Positions 51,792-64,000 of a DNA stretch of 64,000 nt are shown here, one piece after another. Source of the DNA: Octopus sinensis (taxonomy: Eukaryota); the NCBI RefSeq assembly GCF_006345805.1, contig NC_043004.1, positions 77,314,001 through 77,378,000 of the forward strand, read 5' to 3'. Within the stretch, counting starts at the first letter, position 1; every line of letters starts with the position of its first letter. The notes under the pieces are model-generated. The model was not told the origin of the DNA and searched no databases. It saw only the letters and a list, made by a program, of their open reading frames with translations. A program made the position numbers and the translations under genes.

Positions 51792-52270
51792 GATTGTGAT
51801 TGTGACCTCCTTCGGTCATGACTGACCATGGGATTGCACCTAGAAAGTTACCCTCCGAGGTACAAGTCTGGGCAAGGTTTTTTATGGAAGACCAGCAGTC
51901 GCCCACGCATACCAACCTCCCCTCTGCACGCCACCGATGTTATCCAAGGGAAAGGCAAAGGGGCCGATACAGCTTGGCACCAGTGACGTCGCAGCTCATT
52001 TATTAACGTGCAAGTGGCTGAGCACTCCACAGACACGTGTACCCTTAACGTAGATCTCGAGGAGATTCAGCGTGACACAGAGTGTGACAAGGCTGGCCCT
52101 TTGAAATACAGATACAACAGAAGCAGGAAGAAAGAGTGAGAGAAAGTTGTGGTGAAAGAGTACAGCAGGGGAGCTTTAGGTGTTTTCGCTCAATAAACAC
52201 TAACAATGCCCGGTCCGGGAATCGAAACCGCGAGTCCGCTGCCCTAACCACTGGGCCATTGCGCCTCCAC
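51792..52270 (-). mobile_element. Chimeric SINE: family C head and body plus an unrelated (probably RTE-related) tail, with 12-bp TSD
   Basis: ACACTTAGTAGT at 51780-51791 and 52271-52282 flanks the whole composite. Confidence 0.85.
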
Positions 52271-53489
52271 ACACTTAGTAGTAGATGTTAAGTATGTGGT
52301 GAATACAGCTTATTACTATATGTAGCGAGGCTTAGTGTGATTACTGAATATCTTGTTGGCTTCCACTGCCGAGTTTCAAGCTATCTTCGGGCCTTGTCTG
52401 TAACAGACAACTCGAGTAAACCCTAATGTATTTTCATTTCAAATTCCCGTGGAGGATTTACTTATAGTACCATTAGGGAATTGATGGGGATACTTTTCCT
52501 GTTAAGACTTGTATTTTAATCACTTGCCTTTAGTTGTCAGTACCAATTAAATTTCCCCACTAGGTGCTTAAACAGTCGAAGCTAAACACCACAGAGTATA
52601 ATTTTTTCTATGTTCATCAAAAGCGTCTTCATAATTATTTGCGGTTTTAATTAAGATTCTTGTGCTCTTGTTTATAGAGTCAAATTCATTAGTTTGATTA
52701 TAAAGAGTTGATTATCTCTGTCAAGACAATAATCAGAAGACAACATCAACTAATAATGATGAAGTTTATATTTTGTCCATCATATATTAATAAGAAATTA
52801 ATTCTTCTACGCTAAGTAATTGTCGCAAAATTGTTCTAGTAAATTGGGCGCCATTGATAATTTGATTAATTAATTTTTATTTGTGTTAATCATCAATATT
52901 CACATGACAATGAAGTCCTTCTGGTCAAAAATTAAATCGATATCAAAGCCAATGGCTATCACGAGGAAAAACTAATTACACGTTTAATTTTTTACCAACC
53001 AAATAATTTTTTTAAATAAAAACATATTTACATTGAAAATTTATAACCTACGACCATTTATAGTATAAAATGCTTTATTTTCTTTCACCATTTGTAAATG
53101 TATATACCATAATGTGTACCTTAAACTGAGGGTCATAATTGGTTTAATCAATAAAAGTGTTAACATGCCAACTGAAGGTACGCAGTCTGCACCATTTCAA
53201 CTGCCAACATAAACTTATATGACATATAGTAGTCCGTTGTAGGTAGCGGCAATATTCTTTAATCAATAGGTGATTCTTTAGCTTATTGTTCCGGTTTCAA
53301 ATTTTATAATAAATGTAACTGATAATACTAAGCTTCACCAGGCAAACTCCCTTCATACACTCTAGGGCAGGGTTTTCCGTCACTGTCTCTCCCTCTCGCA
53401 GCCAATAAATTGCGGCCTGTATTTTATTTTATATTATAGATAGTTCCACATCATTATTATAATGACACTCCATGTACCAACCGTACGGA

Positions 53490-53655
53490 AGAGGGAGTCA
53501 GTCGATTACATCGGCCCCAGTATTCAACTGGTATTTATTTTATTGACCCCCTAAAAAGATGAAGCGCAGAGTTGACCCCGGCAGCACTTAAACTCAGCAC
53601 GTAGAGACAGGACGAAATGCCGCCGCTATGCATTTTGCCCGACGTGCCAGCAAAC
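53490..53655 (-). mobile_element. SINE family A, diverged
   Basis: GTCGATTACATCGGCCCCAGT...GCATTTTGCCCGACGTGC. Confidence 0.75.
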
Positions 53656-53852
53656 ATAAATATTGGTAGACACTTTAGACTTTCATCTTAAAAACGATAC
53701 AGAGAATTTCTTTTGTGTGATAAAAATAACCAAAACAAGGTAAGACTTGTAGTACACTATAAAGAGGAAAGAATAGTAATACGTTGTAGTCCATTGTCGA
53801 GACAAAATGTTTATTAATGAGGAAACATTCATTCTAATACAGATGATGTTTT

Positions 53853-54290
53853 GGATCATTTCGGTTTAAACGGCAGTTTTTAACATAATTTCTAGGTAAC
53901 TAACAAATTTTAAACTTCGTATACTGGTAGAATGTGTTTATAAAACATCTTTTTCTATTGGCTTTATTGAGAAAATTCTATAGTTTGTAAGATATTTGTT
54001 GTTGTTTTTTTCTTCAATTTCTGCAATTTCAACCAATCAATGACATCTATTGAGGTAAAAAAAACATTCTGTGCCGTATGAATATGTCCCTCGTTTAAGA
54101 AACAGATTGGGTTTATTTACATTTCTGAAGAAAAAAAGATACCCTTTCCCCCCACCCCTAACCATAACCCTAACTAACCCTAACCCTGAAACAGATTGAA
54201 ATGCAATAGATCGATACTAGAGTCATAATTATGGGTGACAATTTCATATGACACCGCTAGAAAAAACTGCCGTTCAAACCGAAAAGATCC
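53853..54290. mobile_element. MITE with GGATC-starting TIRs and 8-bp TSD (Merlin-like)
   Basis: TIRs GGATCATTTCGGTTTAAACGGCAGTTTT / AAAACTGCCGTTCAAACCGAAAAGATCC; TSD GATGTTTT at 53845-53852 and 54291-54298. Confidence 0.85.
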
Positions 54291-55244
54291 GATGTTTTTA
54301 TATGTACATTTCCAATATTTCTTGCATAGTAAATCATGATTTATAGCTAGTACAAGGTGAAGAATAAGCAACCGAGAAACCGTCACCATATTCTTTGTGG
54401 CAAGGTGATTACCACACAAAGGTCAAGTCCACCCAGTACTGCAACGCATGAACAACTAAATGCGGTAAATATTAGTAACACCGCTGAAATCTTTCGCTAA
54501 CGCTTGGTGTACTGAATGCAAATACCAAGATACCAAAATGTTGACTTGCCCTCCTGACACATTGCTTGAGAACAAAGTCTTCAGAAAATAATGAAACTTG
54601 CCAAGAACGCTGCTAACATTTGTTTACAGAATTCAAACCATCCTCACTAAGGTTACCGTAGCACGCTTCTATACGTTCGTTGCTGAAGAATTAAACAGTC
54701 ATTTTATTTCTATACGGTAACAATTGTTTTTGAAACTGGAACTAGACGTGAAAGCTATATCTCTGTAGTGTCATACAGATCGTATTAACTTGGTTTTAAT
54801 TTGAACCAGCAAAGTCAACACACGTGAACCTCAAATGTTTTCTATTATTGCTAGTTGGAAGTTATAAATAACACAGCCATTGACAACATATTATTCTATC
54901 TCTCTTGTCAACTAACGACGTCCTTGAAGTTCTTTTAATTTAGTTTGGTTTGCTTAACTCGTTTGTTTGTTTGTTTTCCGTGAACTTTTACCTAATGAAG
55001 ATTGCGTTTTCAACAGAACTCTAATTTCGGTTTCCTGCCTCTATCACTGTTAGGTTTCCGTGATGATTGCTTGCAGGAAGAGGCAGACCTGTTTGCCGTC
55101 AGTGACGGGAGGAGCATAACCACAACAAGATGCCTGCTGAGGTTCTAATGTGTAAACAGTGTCTTCTTCTTTCGCTCAGTCTTTCCCACCCATTTCATTC
55201 TCTCTATCTCCTTGTACTTCTCTCTTTATCATTCAATTTCTCCA

Positions 55245-55440
55245 AGACGGCGAACAGGCAGAATTCTTAGAGCGTCGGACTAAATGCTTAGCGGAATTTC
55301 TTCCGACCCTTTAGATATTTGTTCAAATCCCGCTGAGGTTAACTTTGCCATTCATCTTTTAAGTACTAGGGTCGATATAAAAATTTGCACCCAACTCAAA
55401 ATTGCTGGGCTTGGACCAAAATTAGAATCATTCCATTTTC
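55245..55440 (+). mobile_element. SINE family A, diverged
   Basis: GGCGAACAGGCAGAATTCTTAG head; GTTCAAATCCC. Confidence 0.75.
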
Positions 55441-56309
55441 GATTCTCCTCTTCTCTATTTTCCCTCTCTCTCTATCTGTCTTTCTTTCTCGTTCTTCATC
55501 TCAATTCGCTTTACCTTCTATTCACTTCAAATATTGTTCTCTGATTATACTTTTTGCCTTTTCTTTCCAGCCTCATTTTCCACACTTCTCTTTCCTTCTT
55601 ACCCTCTCTCTCTTTCTCAACCTTTCACTTTCTCCTTTACCACTTCTCTAATACCCTCCCCTTGCCTATATTGTTTTCTTTTTACTCGCCATTTCCTTCT
55701 TTAGTCACTCTATTATATCTTACAATCGCGCGCCAAGTTCCCTTCCTCTTCCTCCCTAACTCTCTTTCTTTCTTTTTCTTTTTTCCCTCTACATTCTCTT
55801 CATCTTGTTTCTACTCCCTTAATACCTGCCGTACCCATTAGAACAGACTTGCTTTGCCTTACTCACATAATTACGAAAAGAAAAAGAAATTACGCCCATA
55901 CGTCCGTGTGTTAAAGCCCACACGTACTTAAGACATAGACACGCGTGTCTACACAGAGGCACACACGCATACCTATCGAATATAAATCAAACCGAGCCGA
56001 TGATATAACATTTTGAATATATGTGACACTGATTGCCAGAGTCTTTGCTTCTAGCAATAATCGATATCACCACCATATGGCATTGTGGACGAACAGAAAC
56101 TCCACTGTATGTCTTATTATTTAAGATACCACATTAACAGTTACCTAATGTCAGTGGCGAGCTATACCGCGATGACACCTCTGAAAACATCGTCTTCGTG
56201 TAATTTTTCTCTGGCAAGCCGGCATCTTTGTATTAGTACCATATTTGTTGTAGTTATGAGTCATCATTTATATTTTGTTTATCCTCCAGGGAAGCAGTGT
56301 TGATTCTCA

Positions 56310-56648
56310 TCTCTCTCTACATATAAACGGCAAAATGTCTGTCTGTGTGTGTGTCCTTTATACAAATCTACAATTTTTTTAGTTAGAGAGCTCGCACTTT
56401 CTATGGTCATTCAAAACTGTCCAAGGGTGGTCGTGCACATCTTTACATTTCCCCAGTTACCCTGCAAAGCCATTAAAAAATCAATAGAAGTGACTTTTTT
56501 GTGAATTTTCTATCCAAAACCCAATCAAAATACCCGAAACTTGATACGCCAATTGAATGCCAGCTAGCTGTATGTGATTGGTCGGAGAGTTGGACAGTTC
56601 TCGCGTGTATGTGTGCACGCACGCAGCGTTGCCGGGTCATAGTGCTAG
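56310..56648 (+). mobile_element. Non-autonomous Helitron
   Basis: A|TC start, CTAG|T end, subterminal GCAGCGTTGC palindrome, no TSD. Confidence 0.8.
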
Positions 56649-57399
56649 TTTTCTCTAAAACATTATCCGGTTTCGGTCCCAGTAATACCTGGCAAACCCC
56701 TACGGGTGTCACATATGAGCGCCAAGAAGGGAACATCTACGGGATCACTCAACTTTCCAGAAATCGCAGTTAAATGTTCTCAAATACGCCCTAAATGGTC
56801 CAAAACAGACGGGATAGCACTATTAAATGCCATTGATTGTATGTCGACTCGATCAGGATTTCAATTGAGGATAAACAACAGCAATTACATTCTTTTGCAT
56901 TCTTTACATAGAGAGGAATGCTTTACTAAATACTAGTTTCTCTCTTTAGATTCGACCAGCTACCAATTGCTTTTATGGTGTTATTGGTTAGCCTCGTGTC
57001 AGTTCTGACCCAATATGACCAAAGACATTCCAACTGTGACCATTCTGTTTTTCTTTTGGGGGTTCAGTACTGAGCCTTTTTCTTTTGAGATGTACTCTTT
57101 TTTAATGTCCAGTGTATCCTTCCTTTTTTAAGATGACAGAAAGTGATTTGTGGGTGATTTGTTCAGTACTTCTAACAAAACTAGCGACAACGTACCTCGT
57201 TACTGTTGGCATCCATATTCCCTATTTTTATCGGAATTAACAGTTTCTATGATTCAAATACACATTACAATAAGGTGTGCTTCTCAGACATCAGGAGAGT
57301 ACATTACCATGCCAAACATGCACAAACAAAACTACAAGAACGCTGATCATTTCTGATCACTGTCATTTCTTTTGCGAATAATCAACTGGTTCTGACCTG

Positions 57400-57870
57400 G
57401 GGTCTACAATGGACACTAACGTTCCTTTGTGGACGATCTAAAGATCTATACTCGAAGTATTTACAATCCTGAGAAATGATGGATTTAACAAAAGCATTTT
57501 CTGCTGATATACAGATGGAATTTGGCCAAAAATAATATCCATAGTTGAGTTTTGAAACATAGAAAAACTGTTTCCCAGACCCAAACATAACACGCGTAAT
57601 ATAGTTGTTTGAGATTAAAAAGAAAAGTCCTCTACAATTTAGATGCAGACGTGAACATCTCTTCCAAAATTAGTGAGGAGATTTGCAGCTTGAAACTCAC
57701 ATTTTTACTAATAATCATTGGAGCACTTGGCTATGTTGGTACATGTTGAAGCGGCAATCTCGAAAAGCGAGGAATTTCAGGCACAGAAAATGACCAGCTC
57801 CTATGCAATGTGCAATACAGTCTGCAAGACAATCTGCAAGCAAAACAGCTACATAAAATGCAAGAGTTTA
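57400..57870 (+). mobile_element. R4/Dong-like RLE LINE relic with internal deletion
   Basis: FVDDLKIYT, SISADIQMEFG, ADVNISSKISE, IIIGALGYVG. Confidence 0.6.
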
Positions 57871-58349
57871 GCATACAACACTTGTTTTTATGATCCAAAT
57901 TCCAGAGATTAAGCTTCATTTCTTTGTTTAAGATTAGGTCTCCCTTGTAAGAAAATAGAAATAAAAAATAATTACCTTGTATGTACTACACCAAACATAT
58001 GTCTGTGTGCGTACGCGAGCGCGAATGAGTGTATGCGTGAAAATATGTATGTAAGTGTGCATTTATCTATACACATATATGCATACAATTAAAAATATTT
58101 ATTTATATACTGATACGTATATGTCTCCGTCTTTCTTTCTCTCTACCACTCTCTCTCTCCTCTCTCTCTTTCTCTCTCTCCTCGTGGGTGTATATCAATA
58201 TATAATCCTAATTCTCACAGAAATATATATATATATATAATATCTATATAATATATATCTATATACAGAGAGAGAGAGACAGACAGACAGACACACAAAC
58301 AGACAGAGAGAGGGAGAGATAGAGAAAGATGAAGACAGATATACACATA

Positions 58350-58790
58350 TATATATAAAACCTTAGTACATCACAAACTTCAAGAAACATTTTTCGCAAA
58401 CCTTGAGCTTTATGCCAACATCCGCTGGGCAGCTTATTTCTACTTCTGTACATAATTTCTCTTCTTTGTCCCAAATCACTATATCTGGTCTATTATGTTT
58501 GCATTTTATTGAGATTTTCACTGGGACATTCCACCAGTATTCTCATATTATGAGTGGCTGTGGCCTCGACCACACTGTAGGATCTTATCTCTTTGGCTTC
58601 AGGATTATTCTTCCGACCAATCTCATTGTACAGGGACACGGCCACAACATCGCCTCTCATCGGTAGATAACAATGCGTTGACATTTTTGGACAACTGCTT
58701 ATGATGTGCGTGATATCTTCGGTGCTTACTCCACATTTTGGTGCTTTACCTGCGTGTACTTTTACTCTTGTACATCAGGAATTGAATTCA
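58350..58790 (-). mobile_element. R4/Dong-like RLE LINE relic (CCHC knuckle and PD..E endonuclease)
   Basis: CGVSTEDITHIISSCPKM..YLPMRGDVVA; EYWWNVPVK..KCKHNRPDIVIWDKEEKLCTEVEISCPADV. Confidence 0.82.
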
Positions 58791-58811
58791 TATATTTGTG
58801 TGTGTGTGTGT

Positions 58812-58857
<46 letters not shown>

Positions 58858-58862
<5 letters not shown>

Positions 58863-59245
58863 TAAGAAGCTTGCTTCACAACCACATGGTTCTGCATTCA
58901 GCCCTGCTGCGTAACACCTTGGGCAAGTGTATTCTACTATAGCTTCGGGCCAACTAAAGCCTTGTGAGTGGATTTGGTAGACAGAAACTGAAAGAAGCCC
59001 GTCGTATATATGTATATATGTGTGTGTGTATAAATGTATATATATATGTATCTGTTTGTGTCTGTGTTTGTCACCCCCACCATCACTTGACAACCGATGC
59101 TGGTGTGTTTACGTCCTGTAACTTAGATCTATAGAATAAGCACCAGGCTTACAAAGAATTAATCCAGGTGTCGATTTCTTCGACTAAAAGGCGGTGCTCC
59201 AGCATGGCCACAGTCAAATGACTGAAACAAGTAAAAAAAAAAAAG
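58858..59245 (+). mobile_element. SINE family B, near full length
   Basis: GTGGTAAGAAGCTTGC head through GACTGAAACAAGTAAAA tail. Confidence 0.9.
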
Positions 59246-59449
59246 ATATATATGTGTGTGTGTATGTGTGTGTGTATAAACACACACACAAACACAAACA
59301 TACGTACATATATATACATATATACATACACACACTCACACATTATAATAATGATGATGATGATGGTTTCTTTTATTTGCCACCAGGACGACAGATGAGG
59401 GAGACCATAGTGTGGCAATTTGCATTGAATGAAATGATGAAAGAAGAAA

Positions 59450-59625
59450 AAAACTATACACGGTATACAGTATAAACAAAAAAAAATAAGTACACATAGT
59501 ATACAACAATTAAAAAAGATAATAGTGATACTTCAGCGCTCCAATCAATGAACCCCACCATACAATATATCTCACGGAACACCAAGGGCAAGCGTCCCCT
59601 CCAGTCTCATATCTCGACTCACAGA
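59450..59625 (-). mobile_element. Tx1-like LINE 3' UTR
   Basis: Minus strand GCTTGCCCTTGGTG...GAGAT resembles 6010-6200. Confidence 0.6.
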
Positions 59626-59633
59626 TATATATA

Positions 59634-59711
<78 letters not shown>

Positions 59712-59713
<2 letters not shown>

Positions 59714-59963
59714 GTGCAAGAAGTGCAAAAGATTGTCTTAACTGGTACATCACACGTATTGAGAAGAGCATTGTCGATGTGAGAGTTATTACTACCCATG
59801 TATTTTAATTTAACTAAAAAAAAAAATTTTTTTAAATTAACGAACTATTGATTTTAGTTTAATGGCCTACCAATGTATACTATGAGTTTCTTTGCCCTAG
59901 GAGTCGGGAAGACACTCGGCAATAAATGGAAGCAAATTTGAAAGAAGAAAAAAAAAAAAAAAA

Positions 59964-60000
<37 letters not shown>
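59712..60000 (+). mobile_element. 3' end of an R4/Dong-like LINE with A/(TAA)n tail
   Basis: VQEVQKIVLTGTSHVLRRALSM*; 3'UTR; poly-A then (TAA)n. Confidence 0.7.
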
Positions 60001-60002
<2 letters not shown>

Positions 60003-60363
60003 CTTTCAGTTTCCGTCTACCAAATCCACCCACAAGGTCTTGGTCGGCCCGAGGCTATAGTAGAAGACATAAACCTAACCATACATACATACTTTAATAG
60101 GGAGGCAGGCAGGCAGGCAGGCAGGTAACTCGGCAGGTAGGTCGGCAGGTAGGTATGTGAGTAGGGAGGGTGGTAGGACTGTCGGTGGAGAGAACGAAAG
60201 AGAGAGAGAGAAGGGAAGAGGTAGACAGACAAACAACAAGACAGAGACAGATACATGTATGCATAGATATCGCTAGATATATGTGTGCGGATGTACAGGT
60301 ATAATATACGCACACACACATACATATACACGCACGCATATATATACCGCATATATATATATG

Positions 60364-60454
<91 letters not shown>

Positions 60455-60805
60455 TATATATATATATATAATGAGTATAGATGTATATATGTGTTTGCGA
60501 ATGTGCGTGTGATTATATATATATATATATAGATATATATCGCAGGAACCACATCGATATGCATGTCTGTGTTATATATTCATGAATTATATATATATAT
60601 ATATATATAATATATATATATTATATATATAATATATATATATATATTATATATATATATAAACATGTGTATATATATTATATATACCTGTGTGTACGTG
60701 AATAATATAAATATTATATATATATATATATATATTAGATATATATATATATATATATATTATATATTAAATACATACATACATATAAGTATGTATATGT
60801 GCATG

Positions 60806-60846
<41 letters not shown>

Positions 60847-61699
60847 ATCTTTGTGTACATATATATACATGCACACATACATATATACACATATACATAC
60901 ATATGCTCAACATACATACATACATACATACATACATACATACATACATACATACGCATTGCACCCGACCATAAGTTGCTCACATTAAGCAGCCACATAT
61001 TTTGCCTCCTAGACATACAAGTTCACCTACATTGTAACCAACGACATATTTATCGACATAAGGTTCATATCAGATTCGATGTTTTAAACACACCACGCAA
61101 AACAAAATACGTAACAAATAACAACAACAACAACAACAACAACAACAAATTATAATAACGACAGCAGCAACAATCGTATCATGCATTGAATGATAAGGTT
61201 TTAACAAAAGCCTATTTCAGAGAGTCCTCCTCAATACTGGCTGACACTCGATTCTGGCCAGTACCACCATCCTTTAATAACGTCAAAATCGCACAGATGG
61301 TCGGACACAGTTTGTTCGTTCTATTGTAGTCATCCAACTGAAGGAAATGGTTATATGTATTTATCGTTTCCATAGCTTTATTATTTTTTCTTTCTTTCTT
61401 TCTTAATCCAAATTGCCGCAACTGTTTTGTTTTTTTTTATTCTTTCTTTTTATTATTTTTTTTTCTTTATCTCACTTTCATTGATATTTTATCACTTTTG
61501 ATCTATTTCTTGTTGTTGTTAATGATGATGTTTTGTTTTTGTTTTGTTTTTTTGTTTTTTGCTTGCTTTTTGTTGTGCTTTTATTTTTCGATATTTTGGC
61601 TAATTATATTTTTGTTTTTATTCTAACAATCTTGCGGCAGTTGTTTTATTTTCTGGGGTCTTTTGTTTTGTTTTAGTTATTACCGCTTTCCACAGACAA

Positions 61700-61900
61700 G
61701 GATGATGGATTGGCAGAATGGTTAGAGCGTCGAACAAAATGCCTCACGACATTCAACCTAACTTCTTGGGTTTTCAGTTCACATCCTGCCGGAATCAAAT
61801 TTTGCCTGTCATCAATTCGGTGCCGAGAAAATAAAGTACAAGTCGAGTACCGGGGTCGATTTGAACGACTAACCTCCCGCCTCAAAATTGTTTAAAAATT
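61700..61900 (+). mobile_element. SINE family A, old copy
   Basis: TGGCAGAATGGTTAGAGCG head. Confidence 0.65.
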
Positions 61901-61934
61901 AGAAACAATTACACACATATTTTTCTTTTATTTT

Positions 61935-62970
61935 TTAATTGTTTCAGTCACTAGGCGGCGGCCGTGCTGGAGCACCGCCTTGAATTCTTGACGATCCCAG
62001 TACTTATTTCTTAAAGCTTATTGGACTCTTTTGCCGAACAGCTAAGTTACGAGGACGTAAACAAAACACCACCGGTTGTCAAGCGGCGGTGGGAGACAAA
62101 CACAGACACAAAACACGTGCGCGCGTATGTGTGTGTGTGTGTGTATGAGCGTGGAGGCGCAATGGCCCAGTGGTTAGGGCAGCGGACTCGCGGTCGTAGG
62201 GTCGCGGTTTCAATTCCCAGATCAGGCGATGTGGCTGTTTATTGAGCTAAAACACCTAAAGCTTAAAGGTGGCGAACCCTGCTGTACTCTTTCACCACAA
62301 CTTTCTCTCACTCCTTCTTCTTGTTTCTGTTGTACCTGTATTTCAAAGGGGCCAGCCTTGTCACCCTCTGTGTCACGCTGAATCTCCCCGAGAACTACGT
62401 TAAGGGTACACATTTCTGTGGAGTGCTCAGCCACTTGCACATTAATTTAACAAGCAGGCTGTTCCGTTGATCGGATCAACTGGAACACTCGTCGTCGTCG
62501 TAACCGACGGAGTGCCACGATATATATATACTTGTTCTGACCCATTTGAGGTAAGACAGTATTATTGTTCACTGATATTTTTCCTATCTTGTCTGTAATA
62601 GATTTGTGACTATTCGGTGGTACAGAAGTATTTTTTGATTTCTATCTTTAGCGATATAGGTACTCATGTAGTACCCTTGTGTATATACGTACATATCTAA
62701 TATTGTATGTATATAATTTACTAATTTGCCTGTACGGCTGATAATTCGCTTACCACTCGTGTTGGTATTTTAATAATACCATCCCTATATTTCTTTATAT
62801 ATATATATATATATATATATACTACGGGCCTCTTTCTGTTTATGCATGTATGGATGGATAACTAAGGTTATAGTAAAAGACATTTGCCTAAGGTACCGCG
62901 CAATAGGACTGAACCCGGAACCATGTAGTCTGGAAGCTAGCTTTTTACCACACAGCTACGCTTGCACCTA
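61935..62970 (-). mobile_element. SINE family B split by a family C insertion
   Basis: Tail at 61935-62110 and head at 62825-62970 on the same strand. Confidence 0.7.
62151..62520 (+). mobile_element. SINE family C, full length, tail variant 1
   Basis: GTGGAGGCGCAATGGCCCAGTGGTTAGGG head; body matches 52005-52270. Confidence 0.92.
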
Positions 62971-63532
62971 TGTACCTGTTTTTTTCATTTTATTTTTCTT
63001 TGCCCACCGATTTGTATATACAGCATGTATGTATGCATGCGTGCGTGAGTGTGTGAGCGTGCGTGTGTGTGTGTGTGTGTGTACGCGCGCGGTGTGTGTG
63101 TGTGTGGTTAAAATGTTCGCTTGCAATTAAGTGATTCGGAGTTCGATCCTAAAGCAGCCCCGTAATCGGGGTTGGTTAATATCTGATGAGTGAACTTTAG
63201 TTGGTAGACAACCATTCTGAAGCCTGCCCAGTATATATAAATACATAGTATCTGTGGGGAAAGCAGTCCCTGTATTAATGTTTATGTTTAGAGACTAAAA
63301 TTTGTCTACCTTATTTAATATCCCCTTATAGTTCATGGCTTATCGGTTCTATAATTGGAGATCAAGTGAAATAACTACTGTGGTCTGCATGTTCGTCTAA
63401 ACACATCGTGGCAATAGATTGGCATAGCCGCAGTCTAATAACCAGAGCTTGTAAAAGAATAAAAGAACGTGCATATAGAAACACACAAACACACACACAC
63501 ACACATAGTACATACATAATACATACATGCTT

Positions 63533-63544
63533 ACAGTACATACA

Positions 63545-63578
<34 letters not shown>

Positions 63579-63751
63579 CATACATACATACATACATACA
63601 TACATACAGAACATACTGTAAATACAGTACATACATACGATGGTGCCCCAGCATGACCGCACCTTTGGAGCTGAATCATTTTAAAGAATTTAAACAAAAA
63701 CCATACATACATACATACATACATACATGCATACATGCATACATACATACA

Positions 63752-63785
<34 letters not shown>

Positions 63786-63864
63786 CATATATACATACAT
63801 ACATACATACGTACATACATGCATACATACATACATACATACATACATACATACAAACATACAC

Positions 63865-63897
<33 letters not shown>

Positions 63898-64000
63898 CAT
63901 ATATACATACATACATACATACGTACATACATGCATACATACATACATACATACATACATACATGCATGCATACACACATACATACATACATACATACGT
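63533..64000. repeat. (TACA)n microsatellite blocks
   Basis: Read directly; source of the MYVC-repeat ORFs. Confidence 0.95.

Noticed and set aside
54157-54187. TAACCC tract as a true telomere or chromosome fusion site
   Set aside because: Only about 5 imperfect units, and they lie inside a TSD-flanked MITE
56040-56780. Reading frame flanking the Helitron containing GELYRDD (RT-like)
   Set aside because: Multiple stops and no other RT motifs

Overview
Eukaryotic, AT-rich, microsatellite-saturated, essentially non-coding DNA. The SINE families and repeat landscape look like an octopus (coleoid cephalopod) genome; this is recognition by eye, not a database result. No intact host protein-coding gene is supported, and almost all ORFs in the track are microsatellite artefacts or transposon relics. 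Recognisable elements: (1) LINE relics (Tx1-like, RTE-BovB-like, CR1, R4/Dong-like RLE); (2) two Penelope-like elements (a Naiad-type fragment and a young Neptune-type copy with an inverted ~0.93 kb 3' duplication); (3) DNA transposons (full-length decayed Tc1, mariner, Tigger/pogo, Tc3/maT-like, hAT- and Merlin-like MITEs, a non-autonomous Helitron); (4) about 25 tRNA-derived SINE copies; (5) a 100-N gap. There is weak evidence for a minus-strand gene 5' end near 30.2-31.2 kb. The main result of the hunt is about 14 type I hammerhead-ribozyme motifs (some degenerate) from many unrelated sequence families. Most sit in short ORF-less foldback (inverted-repeat) elements. Two non-canonical cores recur: CCGAYGA (U4C, 4 copies) and TTGAWAA (C3U/G8A covariant, 3 copies). 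All folds were worked out by hand and are untested.
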